From an uncultured Lachnospiraceae bacterium (lineage in GTDB: Bacteria > Bacillota > Clostridia > Lachnospirales > Lachnospiraceae), in contig CANDGI010000013.1 in the NCBI GenBank assembly GCA_947384285.1, positions 8,268 to 72,267 on the forward strand: DNA of 64,000 bases. The letters are read 5' to 3'. Below the pieces are notes generated by a model, which made no database searches, was not told the origin of the DNA, and saw only the letters and a list, made by a program, of their open reading frames with translations. Below, piece after piece: positions 9,028 to 17,871 of this stretch; position 1 is the stretch's first letter, and the number at the start of each line of letters is the position of its first letter. Both the position numbers and the translations under genes were made by a program.

Positions 9028-9751
9028 AATGCCTTTGTATATCCAGATTCAGGATATTATTATTAAGAAAATTGAAGAGCGGATATTTCTTCCAGGCGAA
9101 ATGATTCCCAGCGAGAGGAAGATGGCAGAAACCTACGGCGTGAACCGTATGACGGTAAAGCGTGCCATTGAAAAGCTGGTGGAGGAGGGTTACCTTGTGC
9201 GTAAGCCTGGCTCCGGCACTTATGTGGCAAAGTGGGACAACAAGAAAATTGATTATGATGATGCGCTGCAAGGAAGCAATGTGGGCATCACAGCTATGCT
9301 TAAAACGATAGGGGTGGAGCTGACCAACCGGGTGCTTGGAAGCGGGGAGATCTGCGGCAGCAGATATTTGAATTACCAGCTGGGATTGGAAAAGGACAAA
9401 ACGGTCTTCGGCCTGCACCGCGTTCGTCTTGGAGACGGCGCGCTGTTTGCCGTGGAGTATACTTACCTGCCCAAGCATTATTTTGAGGATGTGGAGAAAA
9501 TGGATTTTGGAAAGGTTTCCCTTTATGATTATATGGATGCGAAAGGCCATCTTCCGGTTCATTTTACCATCCGGCTGACCATCTGTGACGCCAGCGCCAA
9601 GGTGGCTGGCCATTTGCAGGTGGAACGAGGAACCACGGTGTATATGCTTGAGTACCAGGGCGCAGACAAGGATTATAATATTGTGGAGTATACCAAGAGC
9701 TATATGAATCCGGCCTTTGCAGAGTACCGGTATAATGCAGGGGATGCGTAA
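9017..9751 (+). CDS. GntR (HutC/UTRA) transcriptional regulator
   Basis: PLYIQI, IPSERKMAETYGVNRMTV and GSGTYV motifs. Confidence 0.92.
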   Translation: MDYRMPLYIQIQDIIIKKIEERIFLPGEMIPSERKMAETYGVNRMTVKRAIEKLVEEGYLVRKPGSGTYVAKWDNKKIDYDDALQGSNVGITAMLKTIGVELTNRVLGSGEICGSRYLNYQLGLEKDKTVFGLHRVRLGDGALFAVEYTYLPKHYFEDVEKMDFGKVSLYDYMDAKGHLPVHFTIRLTICDASAKVAGHLQVERGTTVYMLEYQGADKDYNIVEYTKSYMNPAFAEYRYNAGDA

Positions 9752-10041
9752 GCACTTGGGTTTTGGCATGGTTTGCAAAGGAAAACCCTTTTTGGCGGCG
9801 AAGATTATATCCGTGTGGGAAATAAAATCGACGCCTTAAGGAGCAGCCGCCTTCATAAATTGTCCGCTTGGACAGGTGTTACACTTTTCTCTAAATCCGC
9901 TATGATTAAAAACAAATAGCAATTGCTTTTGGGATGAGGGCGGTGAGAACTGTGGGAGTGTTGGAAATGACAGATAAAGAATTAAGAGCTGGAAAGAAGG
10001 AACAACAAGGATTACGGATGCAGAAATTTTCCTGCCGGATT

Positions 10042-11037
10042 TTACGTTACAGGCATATAATGGTCAAGGTATTCCAATATCTTCCTCATATATTCTCCAT
10101 ACACTTTATTGTCATTTTGTAAGCCATGGCCGGAATGCTCACATAAATAGTAATCATGGGGCACATGGTTCTCTTCCAGGGCTTTTTTTAGCCTTTTGGA
10201 GCCTTTATAGGGCTGAACCTTATCATATTTTCCGTATGCTACGAGAGTGGGAACGCTGTTCTCATCTATCCAGAGCAGGGCGGAAATGTCTTTTATCTCC
10301 TGGTCGTATTCCGGCGTGCCAAATTCTGCCGTAAGCTCTTTGCCAGCCATTGCCCCAAACATTGCCCTTGCAGCGTCATCGCTTTCCTTGCTTCCCCTGT
10401 CAAACCCATAGCAGTTCCAGTCCTCCGGGTAAAAGGAGGATGGGCCTACAGCCCCAAAGGCCATTTTCACAGGAACAGGGGAGGCTTTGGCATCTCGATA
10501 CGCATACAGCAGGGCAAGGCAGCAGCCTGCAGAGCCGCCGGAAATGGCCATTTTGTCAATGTGATACCCCAATTTTTCCGCTTCTGCAATGACATGGGGG
10601 ATGCTTTCTTTGATTTCCATGGATTGAGAGTATACGCTTGCATCAGGCTGTTCCTGGCTGACCAGGGTATAGTTGATGCCTGCGGCCACATATCCTTTTG
10701 AGCAGAGCCACTCCAGCATTTCTGCGTCGCCTGATTTGTCCCCGCTTGTAAAGCCGCCTGCATGGAGATATACGACCAGGCCATAGCTGCTTTTGGAATT
10801 ATCAGCTGGAACATAGAGGTCAAACTTATTTGCCTCGCCTTCACCGTAGGCCATATCGGTATATGCCTTGCCCGTCGAATCGTTCCAGTCAGCTTTAAAT
10901 TCACCGCCGAATGGGTCATGCTTCATTTTAAATGCGATCGACCCTAAAAAAGCGGCAATAAATGAAAAAGCATAGATAAATCCCCACATAACTCTTCCCT
11001 TCTTTTTCTCTTTTTGGATTTTTTTCTCTTTACTCAT
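10042..11037 (-). CDS. Membrane-anchored alpha/beta hydrolase (esterase/lipase)
   Basis: N-terminal TM, HAGGF, GGSAG nucleophile elbow, C-terminal SGHG. Confidence 0.88.
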   Translation of the reverse strand: MSKEKKIQKEKKKGRVMWGFIYAFSFIAAFLGSIAFKMKHDPFGGEFKADWNDSTGKAYTDMAYGEGEANKFDLYVPADNSKSSYGLVVYLHAGGFTSGDKSGDAEMLEWLCSKGYVAAGINYTLVSQEQPDASVYSQSMEIKESIPHVIAEAEKLGYHIDKMAISGGSAGCCLALLYAYRDAKASPVPVKMAFGAVGPSSFYPEDWNCYGFDRGSKESDDAARAMFGAMAGKELTAEFGTPEYDQEIKDISALLWIDENSVPTLVAYGKYDKVQPYKGSKRLKKALEENHVPHDYYLCEHSGHGLQNDNKVYGEYMRKILEYLDHYMPVT

Positions 11038-11168
11038 AAAAAGTTACCTCCAAACATTGTGCCGCCGATTAAGGCATTCATAGCTGCCCGGACGGCAAGG
11101 CGTCCCAGGATTGCGCCTATGGCAATGATGATAAATAAAATAAGAATGCGTTTTTGTGTAAGTGTCAT
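11034..11168 (-). CDS. 44-aa small membrane protein (not in ORF track)
   Basis: MTLTQKRILILFIIIAIGAILGRLAVRAAMNALIGGTMFGGNFL; AAGGA SD; TGA overlaps the ATG of the hydrolase. Confidence 0.7.
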   Translation of the reverse strand: MTLTQKRILILFIIIAIGAILGRLAVRAAMNALIGGTMFGGNFL

Positions 11169-11240
11169 TTTCCGTTCCTTTCTGCCCGCTTGATGATGGG
11201 GCCGGATGGTTGATTTTTGAAATAAGGTGTGTTACCATCT

Positions 11241-11269
11241 TTGTGAGACATTTGTATTGTCGATATAAT
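11241..11269 (+). promoter_or_regulatory. SigA-type promoter of TetR gene
   Basis: TTGTGA-N17-TATAAT. Confidence 0.5.
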
Positions 11270-11309
11270 TGTATCAGCGATTTTTAAAATGTCAATAGGA
11301 GGAGAAGAA

Positions 11310-11843
11310 ATGAGACAAAACAGAGAAAATGTATCACCGATGAGCAATGAAGGGAGAAATCTTTATGTGATAGAGCACATCACGGAATCTCTTCTGGCAT
11401 TATTGCAGGAAAAAGAAATGGAAGATATTTCCATCCGCGAATTATGTGAAAATGCAGGGATTGGACGGGCCTCCTTCTATCGCAATTTTAATAGCAAGGA
11501 AGATATTTTAAGGGCATATATCAATCAATTGTTTCATGGGTGGAGAAGTGGATGGGAAAAAAACAGCAGTATGCCTCTTAGCTTGGCTGTTGGCATGATA
11601 TTCGAACATTTTGAACAGCATAAACCCTTTTATCATCTTCTGGGTCAACGGAATCTGGCTTATTTGCTGAAAGACGTTATTTTAGACATGATGGAATTAA
11701 AACCGGATCTGCCCAAAGGTGAGGCCTATGCAAAGGCTTTTGCTGCATACAGCCTGTATGGCTGGATTGAGGTGTGGTTCCAGCGGGGAATGAAGGAATC
11801 TGCAGAAGAAATGAAACAGCTGTTCCAAAGCCAGGGGCTGTAA
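11310..11843 (+). CDS. TetR/AcrR family regulator
   Basis: ISIRELCENAGIGRASFYRNF HTH; AGGAGG SD; an alternative start at 11340 is possible. Confidence 0.92.
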   Translation: MRQNRENVSPMSNEGRNLYVIEHITESLLALLQEKEMEDISIRELCENAGIGRASFYRNFNSKEDILRAYINQLFHGWRSGWEKNSSMPLSLAVGMIFEHFEQHKPFYHLLGQRNLAYLLKDVILDMMELKPDLPKGEAYAKAFAAYSLYGWIEVWFQRGMKESAEEMKQLFQSQGL

Positions 11844-12220
11844 CCGATAGATGAATCATCTATACTGGATAAATTAAATTGTGATATGGGAGCTTCGCTG
11901 CTTCAGGCGGCAGTATTGGGACTGGAAATGTGGGCGTTGCAGGTTTGCAGAAATCTGTTATAATGAAATTGGAGAAGATGTAATTATACTCTAAAACATA
12001 ATTGATTTGTTATATGGACTGCAATTTTCTTATAAAAATCTGTCGGCGCGCAGGTATTATAGAAATCCAGCAGAGCAGTTTGGAAAATAAGAGGGATGCG
12101 AAATTAATTTAGGGACGAAAACGCAGGCAGCATCAGAATCTGGCTTCCAGAAAACAGATGTGAAAACAACATCCAAGGGAAAGAGTATTGCCGGGACGAG
12201 GGAAGGAGGTTGTAAACATC

Positions 12221-12316
12221 ATGATGGGCTTGCCGGAAAGCATGATCGCCCAAATTTTGAACGTGGGGCTGAATATTGTGCAGGAATGGGCAACAGGGAC
12301 AGCCGTGACAAGATAA
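12221..12316 (+). pseudogene. C-terminal HTH-like remnant of an Rpn/PD-(D/E)XK transposase-like protein, or small orphan ORF
   Basis: MMGLPESMIAQILNVGLNIVQEW..., preceded by REGG-like codons and AAGGAGGT. Confidence 0.45.
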
Positions 12317-12351
12317 TAAGAGCAGATATAGCTTTGAAAGAGTGAGGACAG

Positions 12352-12915
12352 ATGAACAATGTGATAATCAATCCATCCGAGAGAATCAAAAGAAAATTTA
12401 TAGAGGCGCTGAAAATTTTAATGCAGTCAGAACCTTTAGACCGGATTACCGTTACCGAGATTGTAAACGCCTGTGAGGTGACCAGGCCTACGTTTTACCG
12501 CTATTTCAAGGACAAATATGATTTAGTGAACTGGTATTTTGATATCCTTGCCCAGAAATCCTTCCGGCAGATGGGCGTAAGCCTGTCGCTGCGGGAAGGG
12601 CTGGTGAAGAAATTCCAGCTGATGATGGAAGAACGGGTGTTTTTTTCCTCTGCATTTTCTTCTTCTGCACAAAATTGCCTGATTGATTACGACTATGAAT
12701 GTATCTATCAGTTTTATCAGGATGTGATATATAAAAAAGATCCGGCTCTTCTGACCCCTGAGATTGATTTCCTGCTGCGGATGTACTGCCACGGTTCCAT
12801 CTTTATGACGGCAGAATGGACGAAAAACCATATGGATCTGCCGCCGGAGGAAATTTCAGGCCGTCTGCTGGATGCGCTGCCGCCGAAATTGTATGAATTG
12901 TTAAAAGATTTGTGA
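12352..12915 (+). CDS. TetR family regulator (DhaS-like C-terminus)
   Basis: ITVTEIVNACEVTRPTFYRYFKDKYDL. Confidence 0.92.
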   Translation: MNNVIINPSERIKRKFIEALKILMQSEPLDRITVTEIVNACEVTRPTFYRYFKDKYDLVNWYFDILAQKSFRQMGVSLSLREGLVKKFQLMMEERVFFSSAFSSSAQNCLIDYDYECIYQFYQDVIYKKDPALLTPEIDFLLRMYCHGSIFMTAEWTKNHMDLPPEEISGRLLDALPPKLYELLKDL

Positions 12916-12928
12916 AAATTAAGAATAC

Positions 12929-13008
12929 GTTACAGCCAGGTAAAAATGTAACATATATTACAGTTTCATCTGCCTGTAACGTATGTTACATTTGCCAGGA
13001 AGTGTAAC
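12929..13008. promoter_or_regulatory. Triple palindromic operator array TTACA-N12-TGTAA
   Basis: Sites start at 12929, 12957 and 12985 (28-bp period), between the TetR and dehydrogenase genes. Confidence 0.8.
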
Positions 13009-13080
13009 TTGTATCTGGGTGTTCTGGAACCTACAATAAAAGTACAAATATTTTACAGAAAAAGAAAGGAAGGTATTTTT

Positions 13081-14187
13081 ATGGGTAACATTCCAGAGAT
13101 AGCAAAAATAGCAGTATTGACAGGGGAAAAAAGAATCGATATCAAAGAACTGCCAATCCCGGAAATCAATGACGATGAGGTTCTTGTGAAGGTTGAGGGA
13201 TGCGGAATCTGCGGAACCGACGTCCATGAATACAAGGGTGATCCCTTTGATTATATTCCCATTCAGCTTGGCCATGAGGGAACCGGAACCATTGTAAAAA
13301 TCGGCAGGAATGTAACGGCGGATTATTCTGGGAAGCCGCTTAAGGAGGGCGATAAAATTGTAACTGGATTAAAGCCCTGCGGAACCTGCGATACTTGTAA
13401 AAACCACCCGGAACAGATTCACTTATGTGACGGCGGAGAGATTTTCGGCTTGTTAGCAGGGGAAGATCATTTTTTCAACGGCTGGTTCGGCGAATATATC
13501 AAAATCAACGCCGGAGGGGTTATTTTCAATGTATCAGACATGGAGGATTTAGACAGCCGCCTGTTGATTGAGCCGGCAGCGGTGGTTGTTCATGCGGTAG
13601 AGCAGGCAAAGCAGATTTTTAATTTCAAACACAATTCCTATGTCTTGGTTCAGGGCTGCGGACCCATCGGATTGCTTTTGCTGACAACCGTGCGCACTAT
13701 GGGCTGTAGGAATATCATTGCGGTAGACGGGGACGAAAAGCGTCTTGCAATGGCTCAGAAATTAGGGGCGGAATGGACCGTTAATTTCATGAAAGAGGAT
13801 GGGGAAGCTGTTGTAAAAGAAATTACCGAAGGCAAAGGGGCAGAGATGGCGTTCCAGTGCACTGGTTCTCCGAAGGCTGCTTCCACCATTTGGCATTATG
13901 TACGCAGGGGCGGATCCATGTGTGAATTGGGATTTTTCGTAAATAACGGCGATACCACTTATAACCCCCACCTGGATATCTGCAATAAGGAAATCAAGGT
14001 CATTGGCTCCTGGACCTACCAGGCAAAGGACTGGCTGCATGCAATGGAAATGCTCAAAGAGGCTGCAGCAATCGGTTTGCCAGTTGGAGAACTGGTTTCC
14101 CACAAATTCCCGTTGGATGAAATCAATGAGGCAATGGAGACGAATATCCGAACGGATGGGTTTAAGATTGCGATTGTGAATGGGTAA
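13081..14187 (+). CDS. Zinc-dependent alcohol/polyol dehydrogenase (MDR family)
   Basis: CGICGTD, GHE, structural Zn CxxCxxC and GCGPIG motifs. Confidence 0.92.
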   Translation: MGNIPEIAKIAVLTGEKRIDIKELPIPEINDDEVLVKVEGCGICGTDVHEYKGDPFDYIPIQLGHEGTGTIVKIGRNVTADYSGKPLKEGDKIVTGLKPCGTCDTCKNHPEQIHLCDGGEIFGLLAGEDHFFNGWFGEYIKINAGGVIFNVSDMEDLDSRLLIEPAAVVVHAVEQAKQIFNFKHNSYVLVQGCGPIGLLLLTTVRTMGCRNIIAVDGDEKRLAMAQKLGAEWTVNFMKEDGEAVVKEITEGKGAEMAFQCTGSPKAASTIWHYVRRGGSMCELGFFVNNGDTTYNPHLDICNKEIKVIGSWTYQAKDWLHAMEMLKEAAAIGLPVGELVSHKFPLDEINEAMETNIRTDGFKIAIVNG

Positions 14188-14262
14188 CGGCTTGTTCATA
14201 TTGCAGAGAAAAGTAATATGAGAAAACGGAAGGATGGTAAGAGGCGGCAGCCAGCCATAGGC

Positions 14263-14294
14263 CGGGAATCTGGAAACAGATTCCCGATTTTTTT
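14263..14294 (+). terminator. Intrinsic terminator
   Basis: CGGGAATCTG-GAAA-CAGATTCCCG plus T-run. Confidence 0.85.
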
Positions 14295-14480
14295 ATGTGC
14301 CTGGTGATGAAACGGTTCAAGCGGATCAAGAATTTGAGGGAGCGGTGCATAAAAATAATAACCAGGCTCTGGATTTCCATCTGCTACGTTGCCATCAATC
14401 GCTGCAGCTCATTCTTGCGCCTTGCAGATGAACATTTATCCTGCGTAAAATTCTGCGGTATTTAACCGCCGGAGTAATAG
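14295..14480 (+). mobile_element. Possible degenerate IS4-family transposase 3' remnant
   Basis: KRFKRIKNLR...ITRLWISICYVAI resembles the IS4 C-terminal FKWIKQxL...TQIWIA pattern. Confidence 0.3.
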
Positions 14481-14574
14481 CTGCATAGAACAGATTGGTA
14501 AAAATTCAAGAAAAGTTTGCAATAGAATTGATTCAAAGATATAATATAGGAATCAAATTATGGAGGAAAAGAAA

Positions 14575-15303
14575 ATGAATGAAATCATAAAATCGCTGCA
14601 CATGAGAAAATCCGTCCGTGTGTTTACCGAGGAGCCAATCTCGCCAGAGGACCGGGAAAGCATATTAAATGCTGCCCTCCAGGCGCCCACCGCAGGCTGC
14701 CAGCTTTTGTACACTATTTTAGATATCACAGACCAGGGCAGAAAAGAAAGGCTTGCTGAACTCTGCGACCACCAGCCCTTTATAGCAAAAGCAAAGCTGG
14801 TATTGATTTTCTGTGCAGACTGCCGGAAATGGCTTACCTTTTATAGAGAAGCCGGACTTTCGCCAAGAAAGCCTGGAACAGGTGATTTGCTGCTGGCGGC
14901 AGAGGATGCAGTGATTGCGGCTCAGAATGCGGTAACGGCGGCGGAGAGCCTTGGAATCGGCTCCTGCTATATCGGTGACGTGATGGAACGGGCAGAAGAA
15001 ATGAAAGAGCTTTTGGCTCTTCCAAAATATGTGTATCCAGCCTGTATGCTGGTGTTCGGGCATCCCGCCCAGCAGCAGAAGGAACGGAAAAAGCCAGAAC
15101 GGTTCCGCCTTTCGGATATTGTCTGTGAGAATGCGTATCAGGATAAAAGCAGCCAGGAAATCCGGGCAATGTTCTCAGGAAAGACGGAAGCAAAAGGTTA
15201 TGAGGAATGGATGGAAGCATTCTGGAAAAGAAAATATGAATCAGATTTTTCCAGGGAGATGAGCCGTTCCATGGATGTATACTTAAAGGATTTCCAGTCA
15301 TAA
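14575..15303 (+). CDS. Nitroreductase family protein (NfsA/Frp-like)
   Basis: RKSVRVF, QAPTAG, AAESLGIGSCYIG and KPER motifs. Confidence 0.9.
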   Translation: MNEIIKSLHMRKSVRVFTEEPISPEDRESILNAALQAPTAGCQLLYTILDITDQGRKERLAELCDHQPFIAKAKLVLIFCADCRKWLTFYREAGLSPRKPGTGDLLLAAEDAVIAAQNAVTAAESLGIGSCYIGDVMERAEEMKELLALPKYVYPACMLVFGHPAQQQKERKKPERFRLSDIVCENAYQDKSSQEIRAMFSGKTEAKGYEEWMEAFWKRKYESDFSREMSRSMDVYLKDFQS

Positions 15304-15395
15304 AGAACTGCCATGGAAAAGCAGATTTTTATTGCTGCTTTGCCAGAGTATGTTCAAACACGCGCGAATGAGAATGAAAGGGATGGGTGCTTATC

Positions 15396-15869
15396 ATGAA
15401 AAGATATGTGACAGGTATATTGCTGATGGCATGGATGGCAGTTATTTTTCTTTTTTCTGCCCAAAATGCAACGGAATCCTCTCAGACCAGCCAGTCCGTA
15501 TCCTACCGGATTGCCAAATGGCAGGACAGGCTGCTTGGGCAGGAAAAGACAGAGGAGGAACTGCTCATTCAGGCAGAGAAGATGCAGCTTGTCATCCGCA
15601 AAGGCGCCCATATGAGCGAGTATGCATTGCTGGCCATTCTTTTCCTGGCGCATTTGGGATGCTATTCATTCAGCAGGAGGAAAACGATCCTTCTGGCATT
15701 GGCGCTGTCTGTGTGTTATGCGGCTGCCGATGAATTCCATCAGCTGTTCGTGCCAGGCCGGGCTGGCAGGTTTGCAGATGTTTGTATTGACGGCATAGGG
15801 AGCCTGGCAGGAATATTTTTTTATTCCATAGTTGTTTTGTGCAGGAAGGATGATGCGAAGCATCATTAG
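15396..15869 (+). CDS. VanZ family membrane protein
   Basis: IRKGAHMSEY and DEFHQLFVPGR motifs. Confidence 0.9.
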   Translation: MKRYVTGILLMAWMAVIFLFSAQNATESSQTSQSVSYRIAKWQDRLLGQEKTEEELLIQAEKMQLVIRKGAHMSEYALLAILFLAHLGCYSFSRRKTILLALALSVCYAAADEFHQLFVPGRAGRFADVCIDGIGSLAGIFFYSIVVLCRKDDAKHH

Positions 15870-15931
15870 GAATGCCTTTTGGTGGTTTGCCGCTGGAGCG
15901 AAGGGAAGGGGCATTTCATGGAAAAAGGAGG
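15843..15931 (+). repeat. Dispersed repeat family A, copy A2 (overlaps vanZ stop)
   Basis: AGGAAGGATGATGCGAAGCATCATTAGGAATGCC...GGCATTTCATGGAAAAAGGAGG. Confidence 0.85.
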
Positions 15932-16081
15932 AATGTGGATTTGGGAAGGCATTTGAACAGTATGGTTCCTTTTGAAGCATGGAAACAGATTGCCGGGACG
16001 CGGTTTTTCATATAATTTTAGCAGGATATCCTGCAATTTTAACACGATATCCCACAATTTTGAAACGGCAAAACAGTTGCC

Positions 16082-16164
16082 TGAGCCTATAGGCCTATGA
16101 TAAAATAAAAAATGGAAATTTGTCCGGTTTTTATTTTATCATAGGATCTTTTACCATAGGCTCA
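16082..16164. promoter_or_regulatory. Long inverted repeat in the chemoreceptor leader
   Basis: 18-bp perfect IR CCTATGATAAAATAAAAA / TTTTTATTTTATCATAGG nested in TGAGCCTAT / ATAGGCTCA. Confidence 0.6.
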
Positions 16165-16216
16165 TAGTATATCATGCAGCTTATGAAGTATCATGAAGCA
16201 GGGAGGGAATCTTACA

Positions 16217-17719
16217 ATGGATGCACAGAAGAAAGAATACAGCAGAGAGAAATCGGCCAATCAGTTTGTCCTCATTATCATGACGGTTATCGACGCCTTT
16301 TTATTTGCAGGCTACATAAAAGATTACCAGCAGGGAAATATTGGATTTGGATTTATGCTTTCCGTGGTGATTGCGGTGTTGGTTTCCCTTGCAGCCTCTT
16401 ACGCTGTGTTCCTGAAAAAGCGGGATACGGATAAGTTTAAGCATGTGTCCATGACAGGATATGTTGTAGTGTACAGCCTGGCAGTGTTCGGGGCACAGAA
16501 CGATTTGGTGTTTCTCATGGTGTTTCCGCTGACGGTAATTTATATCCTTTATTATGATTTCAAAGTGATTCTTCGGATTGCAGTAGTCTTTGGAGCAATC
16601 AATGTGGCGGATCTGGTATATGCGGTTGCATTTTTAAAGCATATGCATTCCGGAAACCAGTGGAACAGCGCCTCATTTTTGCTGCAGGGCGCATCGGTGC
16701 TTGTATATCTGACTGTGCTTTGCGGAACCACAAAGCTTTCTAACCGGAATAATGATCTGCGGATTGCAAGCCTGAATGAGGAGAAGGAGAAAAGCGCAGG
16801 GCTTTTGGAGGATGTGCTGGAAGTGGTGTCCGTTGTCCGCAAGAATTCCCAGGAGGCGGAAGAACATATCAAAGTGCTAAGCCAAAACATTGCTTCTGCT
16901 TCCTCGGCATTGGGGGATATTTCTACAGGAAATAGCATTAACACAGAAAACATCGGAAAACAGACGGTCATGACAGGGAATATCCAGAGTATGATTTCAA
17001 GAACCAAGGAAATGTCCGATGAAATGCTGGAGTTATCCAAGCAGTCCGCCCAGGCAGTCAGAGAAGGGCAAAAGGCAGCAGACAGCCTGCAGATGCAGTC
17101 AGAAAAAACCAGGGAAGCCAATGGAAGGGTGGTGGAATCTGTGGCCAGCCTGATTGGGAACGCCAAGGCGGTGGAGGAAATTACAGAACAGATTTTTGCT
17201 ATTTCAAGCCAGACCAATCTGCTGGCTTTGAATGCTTCCATAGAAAGCGCCCGGGCGGGGGAAGCCGGCAGGGGCTTTGCCGTGGTTGCAGACGAGATAC
17301 GGATGCTTGCGGATGAGACACGGAAATTGACAGAGGAGATACAGAAGATTGTCTCTGAATTAAGGCAGAATGCAGATACAGCCAAAAATACGGTAGACAA
17401 TGTGATGGAGGTTACCCATGAGGAATATGAAATCATCCGCAGCACAGAGGGACAGTTTTCCAGCATCGGAGAAAAGATGGGCGTGCTGGATCAAAATGTA
17501 CAGGAGATATACAAAAAGATTGATGAAATCCTTACCTCAAACCAGGCGATTGTGGACAGCATCAACCAGATATCCGCAGTAAGCCAGGAGGTATTTGCCA
17601 GCACACAGCAGGCGGTGGAGCTGGGAGAGGACACCAACAGGCAGGCCGAGCAGGTGAGGGAGCGTATGGAGGAGCTGAGGAAAACCGTAGATTCTGTAGA
17701 TAAGTATATGACAGCTTGA
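16217..17719 (+). CDS. Methyl-accepting chemotaxis protein with multi-TM sensor
   Basis: [31 protein letters not shown]; several N-terminal TM helices. Confidence 0.95.
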   Translation: MDAQKKEYSREKSANQFVLIIMTVIDAFLFAGYIKDYQQGNIGFGFMLSVVIAVLVSLAASYAVFLKKRDTDKFKHVSMTGYVVVYSLAVFGAQNDLVFLMVFPLTVIYILYYDFKVILRIAVVFGAINVADLVYAVAFLKHMHSGNQWNSASFLLQGASVLVYLTVLCGTTKLSNRNNDLRIASLNEEKEKSAGLLEDVLEVVSVVRKNSQEAEEHIKVLSQNIASASSALGDISTGNSINTENIGKQTVMTGNIQSMISRTKEMSDEMLELSKQSAQAVREGQKAADSLQMQSEKTREANGRVVESVASLIGNAKAVEEITEQIFAISSQTNLLALNASIESARAGEAGRGFAVVADEIRMLADETRKLTEEIQKIVSELRQNADTAKNTVDNVMEVTHEEYEIIRSTEGQFSSIGEKMGVLDQNVQEIYKKIDEILTSNQAIVDSINQISAVSQEVFASTQQAVELGEDTNRQAEQVRERMEELRKTVDSVDKYMTA

Positions 17720-17871
17720 CGCCTGGAAATGGTGGATTTCATCGGTATGTTTTTACATTTTTCTTACAATTTCCTGAATACTTTTTCTGAAGTTTCCGAT
17801 ATAATATCTATCGGTACCATACGCGCCGAAGTGTGCAGAAATAAGGACGGAAGAAGAGGACAGGATGCAGG

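Noticed and set aside
9934-10122. Short + strand ORF containing MTDKELR
   Set aside because: It overlaps the convergent hydrolase 3' end and has no recognisable domain beyond a few residues.
16066-16100. c-di-GMP-I riboswitch upstream of the MCP (GGCAAA..CAGTTGCC words)
   Set aside because: The GAAA-tetraloop stem, the GCAAAGC junction and the P3 arm are missing; only terminal words match.
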